From Bdellovibrio sp. (lineage in GTDB: Bacteria; Bdellovibrionota; Bdellovibrionia; Bdellovibrionales; Bdellovibrionaceae), in contig JAKFBS010000003.1 in the NCBI GenBank assembly GCA_036677065.1, positions 384,001 to 448,000 on the forward strand: a DNA stretch of 64,000 nt. The letters run 5' to 3'. A program made the translations under genes and the position numbers. How positions within the stretch are numbered: position 1 is the stretch's first letter; each line of letters opens with the position of its first letter. Below, one piece after another: positions 38,237-46,820 of this stretch. A model generated the notes under the pieces. That model had not been told where the DNA came from. It made no database searches and saw only the letters and a list, made by a program, of their open reading frames with translations.

Positions 38237-38345
38237 GTTCGAAAGAATTGAAGTAAGTGGTGAAGAAGAATTGATGAGTGATTTAAAAATTTAAAAAGCT
38301 TTTTTAATTAAAAGTTATAAAACAAACATTCTCGCAGGAGGACAT

Positions 38346-39536
38346 ATGTCTAAAGAGAAATTTAACAGATCAAAACCGCATGTAAACATCGGTACCATTG
38401 GTCACGTCGATCATGGTAAAACAACTTTAACAGCTGCTATCACGACTACTCTTGCGACTATGGGTAAAGCGCAAGCTATGGCTTACGATCAAATCGATAA
38501 GTCTCCAGAAGAAAAAGCACGTGGTATCACTATCTCTACAACTCACGTTGAGTACGAAACTGACAACCGTCACTACGCTCACGTTGACTGCCCAGGCCAT
38601 GCCGATTACGTAAAAAATATGATCACTGGTGCCGCACAAATGGACGGAGCAATCCTAGTAGTTTCTGCAGCTGACGGTCCTATGCCACAAACTCGTGAGC
38701 ATATCTTACTTGCACGCCAAGTAGGTGTTCCAGCTCTAGTTGTATTCATGAACAAATGTGACATGGTTGATGATAAAGAATTACTTGAACTTGTTGAAAT
38801 GGAAGTTCGTGAATTATTATCTAAATACGAATTCCCTGGCGATACTATCCCTATCGTTAAAGGTTCTGCTAAATTAGGTTTAGAAGGTGACCAATCTGAG
38901 TATGGTCGTCCATCTATCTTAGCTTTAATGGAAGCTTGTGATAAACATATCCCTGAACCAGTTCGCGCTATCGAAAAAACATTCTTAATGCCAGTAGAGG
39001 ACGTGTTCTCTATCTCTGGTCGTGGTACTGTTGTTACAGGCCGTGTTGAGCGTGGTATCGTTAAAGTAAATGACGAGATCGAAATCGTTGGTATCCGTCC
39101 GACTCAAAAAACTACAGTTACTGGAATCGAAATGTTCCGTAAATTGTTAGATGAAGGTCGCGCTGGAGACAACTGCGGTGTTCTTTTACGTGGTACTAAA
39201 AAAGAAGATGTTGAACGTGGCCAAGTATTAATCAAGCCAGGTTCAGTTAAACCACACAAAAAATTCAAAGGTGAGGCATACATCCTTACTAAAGATGAAG
39301 GTGGACGTCATACTCCATTCTTTACTAACTACCGTCCACAATTCTACTTCAGAACTACAGATGTTACAGGTGTTGTAACTCTTAAAGCTGGAACTGAAAT
39401 GGTTATGCCAGGTGATAAAGTTGAGATTAACGTTGAGTTAATCACTCCAATCGCAATGGAACAATCTTTACGTTTCGCTATCCGTGAGGGTGGCCGTACA
39501 GTTGGTGCCGGCGTAGTTGTTGAAATCATCGAGTAG
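38346..39536 (+). CDS. tuf: Elongation factor Tu
   Basis: GHVDHGKTT and [15 protein letters not shown]; follows the Thr-Tyr-Gly-Thr tRNA cluster. Confidence 0.99.
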   Translation: MSKEKFNRSKPHVNIGTIGHVDHGKTTLTAAITTTLATMGKAQAMAYDQIDKSPEEKARGITISTTHVEYETDNRHYAHVDCPGHADYVKNMITGAAQMDGAILVVSAADGPMPQTREHILLARQVGVPALVVFMNKCDMVDDKELLELVEMEVRELLSKYEFPGDTIPIVKGSAKLGLEGDQSEYGRPSILALMEACDKHIPEPVRAIEKTFLMPVEDVFSISGRGTVVTGRVERGIVKVNDEIEIVGIRPTQKTTVTGIEMFRKLLDEGRAGDNCGVLLRGTKKEDVERGQVLIKPGSVKPHKKFKGEAYILTKDEGGRHTPFFTNYRPQFYFRTTDVTGVVTLKAGTEMVMPGDKVEINVELITPIAMEQSLRFAIREGGRTVGAGVVVEIIE

Positions 39537-39576
39537 TTTTAACTACTCGGTTTCAAGCTTAGCTTAAAACTGATTG

Positions 39577-39609
39577 AAAAGGCCGACTGAAAAGTCGGTC
39601 TTTTTTTTT
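39577..39609 (+). terminator. Intrinsic terminator after tuf
   Basis: GGCCGACT-GAAA-AGTCGGTC followed by a T-run. Confidence 0.85.
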
Positions 39610-39696
39610 GACTTTTGCTCTTGCTCAAGCTTTTGGCCCAAGTCAAATAAAGCTTGTCGAGGCATGAAAATACAGAGTATATTTTGCGTTTAATGC

Positions 39697-39772
39697 AGGG
39701 GTTTAGCTCCAGCGGTAGAGCGAGCGACTCCAAATCGCTAGGTCGTGGGTTCGAATCCCCCAGCCCCTGCCA
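39697..39772 (+). tRNA. tRNA-Trp(CCA)
   Basis: AGGGGTT/AGCCCCT acceptor stem, anticodon CCA, 3' CCA; upstream of secE. Confidence 0.93.
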
Positions 39773-39911
39773 ATTTTACTTCACTTTTAACTAAATCAAG
39801 TTAAGCTTAGTGGTGAAATTGAAAAATGAGACCGTTTTGTTTTATTCACGAAGGATGAAACATAAAAAATTTCGGTTTTTAATAACTGAAGAACAGATAA
39901 GGATTTTACGG

Positions 39912-40289
39912 ATGGATAATACAAATTCAAAATTTATTACGGTATGTTTTTTATCATTAGCTGCGCTAGTTGGTTTTACCGTATCAGTTTTACTTAAAGC
40001 TTTATCTGGAGCTTTCGGCGTAATCGCAAAACTTTCTGATTACGATTTATTTAAACACGGTCTACCAGTGATGTTAGCTGTAGTTTTATTTGCTTCTCTT
40101 CAATTTAATAAAGGCGTTTTGCAATGGGCTGATGAAGTCACTGCAGAAATCAAAAAAGTAGTATGGCCACCAATTAAAGATACGCGCATGATGACAGTTG
40201 TAGTTGTTATCATGGTTTTCATTTCTTCGATCATCATCAGCGTATTTGATTTATTTTCTGGTTTCGTACTAAACCAAATTCTTAAGTAG
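39912..40289 (+). CDS. secE: Preprotein translocase subunit SecE (3-TM type)
   Basis: EIKKVVWP motif; ATG 39912 after SD AAGGA. Confidence 0.9.
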   Translation: MDNTNSKFITVCFLSLAALVGFTVSVLLKALSGAFGVIAKLSDYDLFKHGLPVMLAVVLFASLQFNKGVLQWADEVTAEIKKVVWPPIKDTRMMTVVVVIMVFISSIIISVFDLFSGFVLNQILK

Positions 40290-40326
40290 TTAATTATTTC
40301 TGGCTTAGCCAGAGAGGAGTTGTATT

Positions 40327-40890
40327 TTGGAAAATCAAGAGACACCAAAAGCACCGACAGAAAAAAAATGGTATATCATTAATGTTCAATCTGGTTGTGA
40401 AAACACAGCTAAGGCTGCTATCGAAGAAAGAATCAAAACTAACAAAATGGAAAGCATGTTTGGCGAAATCCTAATTCCTGCTGAAAATGTTGTTGAATTA
40501 GTTAAGGGCCAAAAAACGACTAAAACTCGTAAGTTCTTTCCAGGCTATATTTTCGTTAACATGGTTCTTAGCGATCAATCTTGGCATTTAGTAAAAAATT
40601 CTTCTAAAGTGTCTGGCTTCGTGGGCGGCGCTAAAACTAAGCCACCAGAAGTTCCTGAGCACGAAGTTATGCGTGTGACTCAGCAAATGGCTGGCGTAGC
40701 TGAAAAACCTCGCGCTAAAGCCAACTACAACATCGGTGACCAAGTTACTGTTGTTGATGGTCCATTTAATAACTTCAACGGTACAGTTGAAGAAATTAAC
40801 GAAGAAAAAGCTAAAGTTAAGGTTCTTGTGTCGATCTTTGGTCGTCCAACGCCTGTTGAACTAGATTTTATTCAAGTTTCTAAAAACTAA
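40327..40890 (+). CDS. nusG: Transcription termination/antitermination factor NusG
   Basis: [15 protein letters not shown] motif and [13 protein letters not shown] start with SD GAGGAG. Confidence 0.97.
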   Translation: MENQETPKAPTEKKWYIINVQSGCENTAKAAIEERIKTNKMESMFGEILIPAENVVELVKGQKTTKTRKFFPGYIFVNMVLSDQSWHLVKNSSKVSGFVGGAKTKPPEVPEHEVMRVTQQMAGVAEKPRAKANYNIGDQVTVVDGPFNNFNGTVEEINEEKAKVKVLVSIFGRPTPVELDFIQVSKN

Positions 40891-40917
40891 TTAGCTCATA
40901 TTTTAAGCGGTATATTT

Positions 40918-40949
40918 AAAAGCCTTAGTGTAACAACTAAGGCTTTTTT
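40918..40949 (+). terminator. Intrinsic terminator after nusG
   Basis: AAAAGCCTTAGT-loop-ACTAAGGCTTTT-TT. Confidence 0.85.
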
Positions 40950-41212
40950 CGTTTTTGGGTTTGTCATAGGAGACATCCTGTCTGAAAAGGGGTTATACCC
41001 CTTTTAAACCCCTTAAGTCTGACCTTCCGGGGTCAGACTTGTAAGTGTCTTTTGGGTGTTGTTTTTCATTGGTAAAAGGTCTTATTTTTTTTATCTTTTT
41101 TGTTGTCTCTGACGCGGGGCTGAGGCTATATTCTCCCTTCGTGTAAAATTCACGACAGAAATCAGAAGACTCATTGGGAGTTTTCTTTAAACCCTTTGCA
41201 AGGTGGGAATCT

Positions 41213-41641
41213 ATGGCAAAAAAAGTTACAGGTATGATCAAATTGCAGATACCGGCAGGGAAAGCTAATCCAGCTCCTCCCGTTGGACCGGCACTTGGAC
41301 AGCATGGGGTAAACATTATGGAATTCTGTAAACAGTTCAACGCGCGTACTCAAGCGCTAGGTGATAGCATTATTCCTATCATCATTACTGTTTACCAAGA
41401 CCGTTCGTTTACTTTCATCACTAAGACGCCTCCGGTATCTTCGTTAATCAAAAAGGCATTAAAATTAGAATCAGGTTCTAAAATGCCGCAAAAAGATAAA
41501 GTCGGTAAAATCAAAACTGACCAAATCAAAGTTATCGCAACTACAAAGTTGCCTGACTTAAACTGTGTGAAAGTTGAATCAGCAATGTCTCAAGTTGCCG
41601 GTACAGCAAAAAGCATGGGCTTAGAAGTAGAAGGAATGTAA
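41213..41641 (+). CDS. rplK: 50S ribosomal protein L11
   Basis: [23 protein letters not shown]; start moved to ATG 41213. Confidence 0.98.
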   Translation: MAKKVTGMIKLQIPAGKANPAPPVGPALGQHGVNIMEFCKQFNARTQALGDSIIPIIITVYQDRSFTFITKTPPVSSLIKKALKLESGSKMPQKDKVGKIKTDQIKVIATTKLPDLNCVKVESAMSQVAGTAKSMGLEVEGM

Positions 41642-41642
41642 T

Positions 41643-42344
41643 ATGTCAGGTAAAAAATTTACAGCAGCAGCTAAAAAAGTTGATGCTTCAAAAAAATATT
41701 CATTCGCAGAAGGTATCAAATTAGCAATTGAAACAGCTCCAGCTAAATTTGATGAATCTATTGATATCGCAGTTAAATTAGGTATCGATCCAAAACAATC
41801 TGATCAACAAGTTCGTGGTGCTATCGCTTTACCTCACGGTTTAGGCAAAGCAGTGCGCGTTGTTGTTTTTGCTAAAGGTCCAAAAGAGAACGAAGCAAAA
41901 GCAGCTGGTGCAGATTTCGTAGGAGCTGACGACCTAGTTGAAAAAATCAACGGTGGTTGGTTAGATTTCGATAAATGTATCGCGACTCCAGACATGATGG
42001 CGACTGTATCAAAAGTTGCTAAGGTTCTTGGACCTCGTGGTTTAATGCCAAATCCTAAAGTTGGAACTGTAACTATGAACGTTACTGAAGCAGTTACAGC
42101 TGAGAAAAAAGGTAAACTTGATTTCCGCGTTGATAAAGCAGGTATCGTACATGCTTCTATCGGTCGTAAATCTATGGGTGCAGCTAAGCTTAAAGAAAAC
42201 TTTGATGCTTTCATCAATACAGTTGTTAAAGCTAAGCCAGCTACATCTAAAGGTATCTACCTTCGCTCTATGTTCGCAGCTTCTACAATGGGTCCAGCGA
42301 TCCGTTTAGATGCTAACGAAGCAATGGCAGGATCAGAAGAGTAA
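41643..42344 (+). CDS. rplA: 50S ribosomal protein L1
   Basis: KFDES, DQQVRG and LGPRGLMPNPK motifs. Confidence 0.98.
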   Translation: MSGKKFTAAAKKVDASKKYSFAEGIKLAIETAPAKFDESIDIAVKLGIDPKQSDQQVRGAIALPHGLGKAVRVVVFAKGPKENEAKAAGADFVGADDLVEKINGGWLDFDKCIATPDMMATVSKVAKVLGPRGLMPNPKVGTVTMNVTEAVTAEKKGKLDFRVDKAGIVHASIGRKSMGAAKLKENFDAFINTVVKAKPATSKGIYLRSMFAASTMGPAIRLDANEAMAGSEE

Positions 42345-42394
42345 TATTCTGCCGTAGGCGGATATCATAATTCTGTTTATTAAAAAATTATACG

Positions 42395-42466
42395 CGTCAG
42401 AGACAGTTGGTCTTCATAAGAAATTAATAGCGATCTAAATAGTTTAGATCGCTGCCAACCGAGACG
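42395..42466 (+). promoter_or_regulatory. Ribosomal protein L10 leader (autoregulatory RNA)
   Basis: CGTC/GACG stem, GAGACAGTTGG...TTAA...CCAACCGAG and an internal 11-bp hairpin; upstream of rplJ. Confidence 0.75.
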
Positions 42467-42531
42467 GATAAAAATCTTTTAGATCTATATCCTTTTCCCT
42501 GATGCCTTAAACAAACGAAAGGAAACACCTA

Positions 42532-43062
42532 ATGCTAAAAGCACAAAAAGAATTAGACATCAAAGCTCTTTCTGAAAAAATCGCTCAAGCTAAAGGCGCT
42601 TTCGTCGTAGACTTTAAAGGCATGAAAGTGGAGCAAGTTACGAATCTTCGTAAAAAGCTACACGCTGCTGAGTCTGAGATGAAAGTTGTTCGTAATACGT
42701 TAGCAAAACGTGCTTTCAAAGGTAATGCAGTTCAAGAACAAGCATTAGCAAGTCACTTAACTGGTACGAATGCGATCGTTTTCGCATTTAACGAAGTTGT
42801 TGGCGTAGCTAAAACGCTTGCTGAGTTCGGCAAAGACGTTGAAGCATTAAAAATCAAATCAGGCATGATGGATGGCGAAGCTCTTGATTCTAATAAAATC
42901 AAATTCTTAGCGACATTACCTGGTAAAGATCAATTACGTGCACAATTATTGTGTTTAATGAAAGAGCCTAGTGCAAGACTTGCACGCGTTCTTAATACTT
43001 ATGCACAACAAAACGGAGCGCCATCTGCAGCACCTGCAGATGAAGCTGCACCACAAGCTTAG
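42532..43062 (+). CDS. rplJ: 50S ribosomal protein L10
   Basis: [11 protein letters not shown] and LATLP motifs; operon position. Confidence 0.95.
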   Translation: MLKAQKELDIKALSEKIAQAKGAFVVDFKGMKVEQVTNLRKKLHAAESEMKVVRNTLAKRAFKGNAVQEQALASHLTGTNAIVFAFNEVVGVAKTLAEFGKDVEALKIKSGMMDGEALDSNKIKFLATLPGKDQLRAQLLCLMKEPSARLARVLNTYAQQNGAPSAAPADEAAPQA

Positions 43063-43117
43063 TTAGTCGAAGGCTAACAAAGATTTAACTAAATTAATTA
43101 AAGAAAAGGATTATAAA

Positions 43118-43477
43118 ATGACAAATGAACAAATCGTAACAGCATTATCAGCAAAATCAGTAATTGAAATCGCTGAGTTAGTAAAAGAATTAGAAACAAA
43201 ATGGGGCGTATCTGCTGCTGCACCTGTAGCTGCTGCTGCTGCTGCCGGTCCTGCTGCTGAAGCACAAACTGCTTTTGACGTTATCTTAGTTGACGCTGGC
43301 GCCAACAAAATTAACGTAATTAAAGAAGTTCGTACAATCACTGGCTTAGGTTTAGCTGAAGCAAAAGCTTTAGTTGAAGCTGGCGGAAAAGCAGTTAAAG
43401 AAGGCGCGACTAAAGAAGACGCTGACAAAATGAAAAAGACTTTAGAAGCTGCAGGCGCGAAAGTTACTATCAAGTAA
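43118..43477 (+). CDS. rplL: 50S ribosomal protein L7/L12
   Basis: Ala-rich hinge; [20 protein letters not shown]. Confidence 0.98.
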   Translation: MTNEQIVTALSAKSVIEIAELVKELETKWGVSAAAPVAAAAAAGPAAEAQTAFDVILVDAGANKINVIKEVRTITGLGLAEAKALVEAGGKAVKEGATKEDADKMKKTLEAAGAKVTIK

Positions 43478-43506
43478 TTTTTCTCCGAAGCATTCTTAGC
43501 TTTGCG

Positions 43507-43536
43507 AAAGGGAATACGAAAGTATTCCCTTTTTTT
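43507..43536. terminator. Intrinsic terminator after rplL (convergent with kinase gene)
   Basis: AAAGGGAATAC-GAAA-GTATTCCCTTT-TTT. Confidence 0.85.
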
Positions 43537-44824
43537 ATTTGATTTCGCCGTTCTCGATCGCAGACCAGAAATCAGAAACTTCAATTTCGACTTCCAGTTT
43601 TCTTAAGATAGCGTAAACGCCACCAAGTTTTCTGTGTAAGAACAGCAATTGGTGGGGCGGGGCAGAGTACTTTAATTTTTGTAATAGGGTGCGAGCTAAC
43701 ATTCCATTTTCTTTTAAAAAAGTATCATCAGAAAATTGAAACTTTTTGCTTTGGCTAAAAGGTTTAATTCCGTGTTTAAGTAGTTGAACAAATAAATCCA
43801 AAGTTTCTTGAGATTCACGGACGTCAATTAATCCGAATTCTACAGAGCACTTGATGATGTCATCATCTGATCCGGTTTTGATTGTCTTTAATAATTCGGT
43901 ATACGCCTTGCGAAACTCATATGTGTAGGTTTTGCTTGCGCCAAAGTCTAAAGCGATAATTTCTAAATTTTGTTTGTCGCGAATAATAAAATTGCTTGGA
44001 TTGGGATCTGTTTGAACTAATCCCCATTTGAAAAATTCTGAGGTGTATAGTTCTAGTAAGCTTAGCGCAACTTTCTCTTTTTTGTCTTTGACTGGCTTAG
44101 TGTCAATCCAATCTTTTAGGGTTAAGCCGTCTTCGTAGCTTGAACATAAAATATTGTGAGTTGAGTAGTTTTCAAATACCTGTGGAGTTTTTATTTCTAG
44201 GTATTTCCAGGTGTGCTGCGAAAATAATTTTTGAAATGCGACTGTAGAATTTTTTTCTTGTACAAAGTCGACTTCAGTTTTTAATACACTTTCAATTTCT
44301 GCAAAGACGGGATCTAGATCCATTTGTCGCCCAGTCATTCTGCAAAAAGCCCACACGGCCTTTTTAAGGAGTGCGACATCGCTAGAAACGGATTCGGCTA
44401 CACCAGGATAAAGAATTTTAAACACAATTGGATTTTCGTTCAAAACAGCACGATAGACTTGTCCCATTGAGGCCGCGGCAAATGGTTTTAGCTGAATTTG
44501 CGAAAGCTGTTTAAATTTTTCTTCGCCAAAAGATGTAAGTAAAGTTTTTTTAATATCGATTTCGGGTGTATCCGTGATGCTGTTTTGCAGCTGTGATAAA
44601 ATTTTTAAGGCTTCAGGTGGGAAGTAGTCTTCAAGATCTAAACTTAAGAGTTGGCCAGCTTTCATAGCGGCGCCTTTAAGTTGTGATAAGCTTTCAGTAA
44701 GAATTTTAGCTTGTTCAATGCGAGACTGTAAATTTCCCGATCGAACTTCTTGAATACCTAATTTGGCCACCATCTTGGTTATTTCAAGGGCGCGCGAAAA
44801 TTTATTATTCAGTAGTGATTTCAT
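43535..44824 (-). CDS. ABC1/UbiB (AarF, COQ8-like) atypical kinase
   Basis: LKGAAMKAGQ (KxGQ), PFAAASMGQV, QTDPNPSNF, LDFG and FLHRKLGG. Confidence 0.88.
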   Translation of the reverse strand: MKSLLNNKFSRALEITKMVAKLGIQEVRSGNLQSRIEQAKILTESLSQLKGAAMKAGQLLSLDLEDYFPPEALKILSQLQNSITDTPEIDIKKTLLTSFGEEKFKQLSQIQLKPFAAASMGQVYRAVLNENPIVFKILYPGVAESVSSDVALLKKAVWAFCRMTGRQMDLDPVFAEIESVLKTEVDFVQEKNSTVAFQKLFSQHTWKYLEIKTPQVFENYSTHNILCSSYEDGLTLKDWIDTKPVKDKKEKVALSLLELYTSEFFKWGLVQTDPNPSNFIIRDKQNLEIIALDFGASKTYTYEFRKAYTELLKTIKTGSDDDIIKCSVEFGLIDVRESQETLDLFVQLLKHGIKPFSQSKKFQFSDDTFLKENGMLARTLLQKLKYSAPPHQLLFLHRKLGGVYAILRKLEVEIEVSDFWSAIENGEIK

Positions 44825-44850
44825 TTGGTCATAGCATAGCTAAGGACACC

Positions 44851-45159
44851 CTAATGCACATTTAATATATGAACTGACGCAATACGATCCAAACGAACTT
44901 CAGTTAAGTTCGACATTTTTACAAATTCTTCCTGGTCACGGGTGAAGATATCAATGATGCGGCCACGAATAGAGTGAAGAATGTTTTTAACGTTCCAGTA
45001 CTTCAGTTCAACTTGAAGCTTTTTAATCACGGCAAACTCAAGTTCATCGGTAAAGTCACAAGATACAGATTCATATTGTTTAGGTATATCCTGGGGATTT
45101 TGAAAAGCGCCCTTTAGGTATTCAGATTTAGTTGACGAAAACACGACTTTTTCAAACAT
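44851..45159 (-). CDS. Rof/YaeO-like Rho-binding antiterminator
   Basis: YESVSCDFTDELE...EEFV...EVRLDRI mirrors Rof YQPINCDDYDNLE...VEYL...ELRLDKI; ATG 45159 with SD AGGAG. Confidence 0.65.
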   Translation of the reverse strand: MFEKVVFSSTKSEYLKGAFQNPQDIPKQYESVSCDFTDELEFAVIKKLQVELKYWNVKNILHSIRGRIIDIFTRDQEEFVKMSNLTEVRLDRIASVHILNVH

Positions 45160-45273
45160 GATGACTCCTGTGTGGCAAATTGCCCGAAAGCACTCTTCTC
45201 TTTCGTAAATATGCAAAGAATGAACCCTTGCGACTCAACAAAGTTGGTATAGCTGGTGCAAGGTGCTTTTTGC

Positions 45274-46068
45274 ATGAAGAGCTTTTTGCTTGTGCACTTT
45301 TTTTTGATCATCACAACTTGTGCCCCTTTTAAAGATTCGCCTTTCTCGGATAAAGTATTTACCGATGCGCGTGATCTGAATGGTGTTGCAAAAACTGAAT
45401 TGCAGAATGTTGAGAGTGATGGCGAAATTAAAATCGCTCTTTTTGCGGATTCACACAGTAATCACCGTGACTTGGATGATGTGATCGATCAGATCAATAA
45501 AACTCCGGCCTTAGATTTTGTAGTCAATTTAGGAGATTTTACCGACAGTGCCTATAATCTTGAATATGATCGGTTTGTCGATTCTTTAAAGGATGTGCTT
45601 AAGCCTAACTTTACTGTGATCGGAAATCATGACGCCATTGGTGCAGGCCCAGCCCTATTTAGAAAGATATTCGGACTTAGTAATTACTGGTTTGAAACCT
45701 CGACAGCCCGTTTTATTTTCTTTCACACTGCAAACTTAGAAGATCCTGAAGGGTTTAAACCGCAATGGCTTTTAGATGCGGTCAATGAATCAGTTAAAAA
45801 CGTATTTATTTTTTCACATATTTCACTGGTCGATTCAGAAAGATTTGCGCCGGCGATGTTTGGTTCGTTATTTCAAAATCCGCTCGTAAAAATGTCTGTT
45901 TATGGCCACAAACATGTTTATGAACTGCAAAATAGTAGTGGCAGCGTGTTGTTGCAAGTTCCTCGCGTGCAGCGGCTGCAGTGGTTAGTCGTGCGAATAA
46001 CTGGAAGTAATTTAGAAATTACGCGAATGCCCGGCGGAGAAATTGTATCAACAACCTTAAAACCGTAA
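45274..46068 (+). CDS. Calcineurin-like metallophosphoesterase, probable lipoprotein
   Basis: DSH, GD, GNHD, SH and GHKH motifs; signal peptide with Cys. Confidence 0.85.
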   Translation: MKSFLLVHFFLIITTCAPFKDSPFSDKVFTDARDLNGVAKTELQNVESDGEIKIALFADSHSNHRDLDDVIDQINKTPALDFVVNLGDFTDSAYNLEYDRFVDSLKDVLKPNFTVIGNHDAIGAGPALFRKIFGLSNYWFETSTARFIFFHTANLEDPEGFKPQWLLDAVNESVKNVFIFSHISLVDSERFAPAMFGSLFQNPLVKMSVYGHKHVYELQNSSGSVLLQVPRVQRLQWLVVRITGSNLEITRMPGGEIVSTTLKP

Positions 46069-46586
46069 TTTTTTTATTTTTATTTTTTTTCAGTCTGATA
46101 GCTCGCGCTGATTGGAGCCCATTGCTTGGTACTTCGGGATTTTTTGGCCAGTACTATTTTGGTGGAGTTTATAGAAATGACAAATCATTTGCGGCAGAAG
46201 TTTCAATTGGTAGTTATCTGGTTGGAGGTGAAGCGGGGTGGCAATTGAACTGTATGTTTCGTTATATGGCGGTACAGATGACATGGAACTCTTTACAGTG
46301 GAGAGCTTTAGGTTTTGGGGCGGGATTTACTTATGCTCTAAATGATTTAAAGGGTAATAATTACTTTAGTAGTTCTCCCAGTCATTTTCCTGAAGACTAT
46401 TACGAACAGACGGCGCTTCGCGGTATTTTAGAAGTTTCAACTGAAGTTTACTTTCCCGGGCAGCAAATTGAGGTTGGTTATTACCTTAGGCTTTTGGATA
46501 AGGGGCTTGGTGCCTATTACAATAGCAAAAGCCATAATTTACGCTACTATACATCATCAGGTTTAGCTTTGATTTTTCACTACTAA
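46068..46586 (+). CDS. Outer-membrane beta-barrel protein (start uncertain; first canonical start is TTG 46122)
   Basis: Beta-strand pattern and aromatic C-terminus; in-frame signal-peptide-like IFLFLFFFSLIARA upstream of 46122. Confidence 0.5.
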   Translation: MFLFLFFFSLIARADWSPLLGTSGFFGQYYFGGVYRNDKSFAAEVSIGSYLVGGEAGWQLNCMFRYMAVQMTWNSLQWRALGFGAGFTYALNDLKGNNYFSSSPSHFPEDYYEQTALRGILEVSTEVYFPGQQIEVGYYLRLLDKGLGAYYNSKSHNLRYYTSSGLALIFHY

Positions 46587-46651
46587 AAACATCCCAATAA
46601 ATAAGCAATTTTTGAAATCTCTAGAGGGAGTGCAAATACTGAACCAATCAT

Positions 46652-46680
46652 TTGCCTTTCGACTATAGTTTGGGTACTTT
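46652..46680 (+). promoter_or_regulatory. Putative sigma70 promoter for rpoBC
   Basis: TTGCCT-N17-TACTTT. Confidence 0.45.
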
Positions 46681-46820
46681 CTATTCCTTACGTTCAAATT
46701 TGAATTAATGTGGGCCTTGTAAATTCCCCCCGAAGCGAATTTTCATTTTTAGTTTTTTTAAAATATTTTTTAAAAAAAATATGCAGAAACTAAATTTCAC
46801 AGCCTATTGGAGAAAAAATA

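Noticed and set aside
45244..45260. Possible sigma54 promoter TTGGTAT-N4-GGTGCA (GG-N10-GC)
   Set aside because: Only a partial consensus match, and the implied TSS would be about 3 nt from the ATG; not supportable without data
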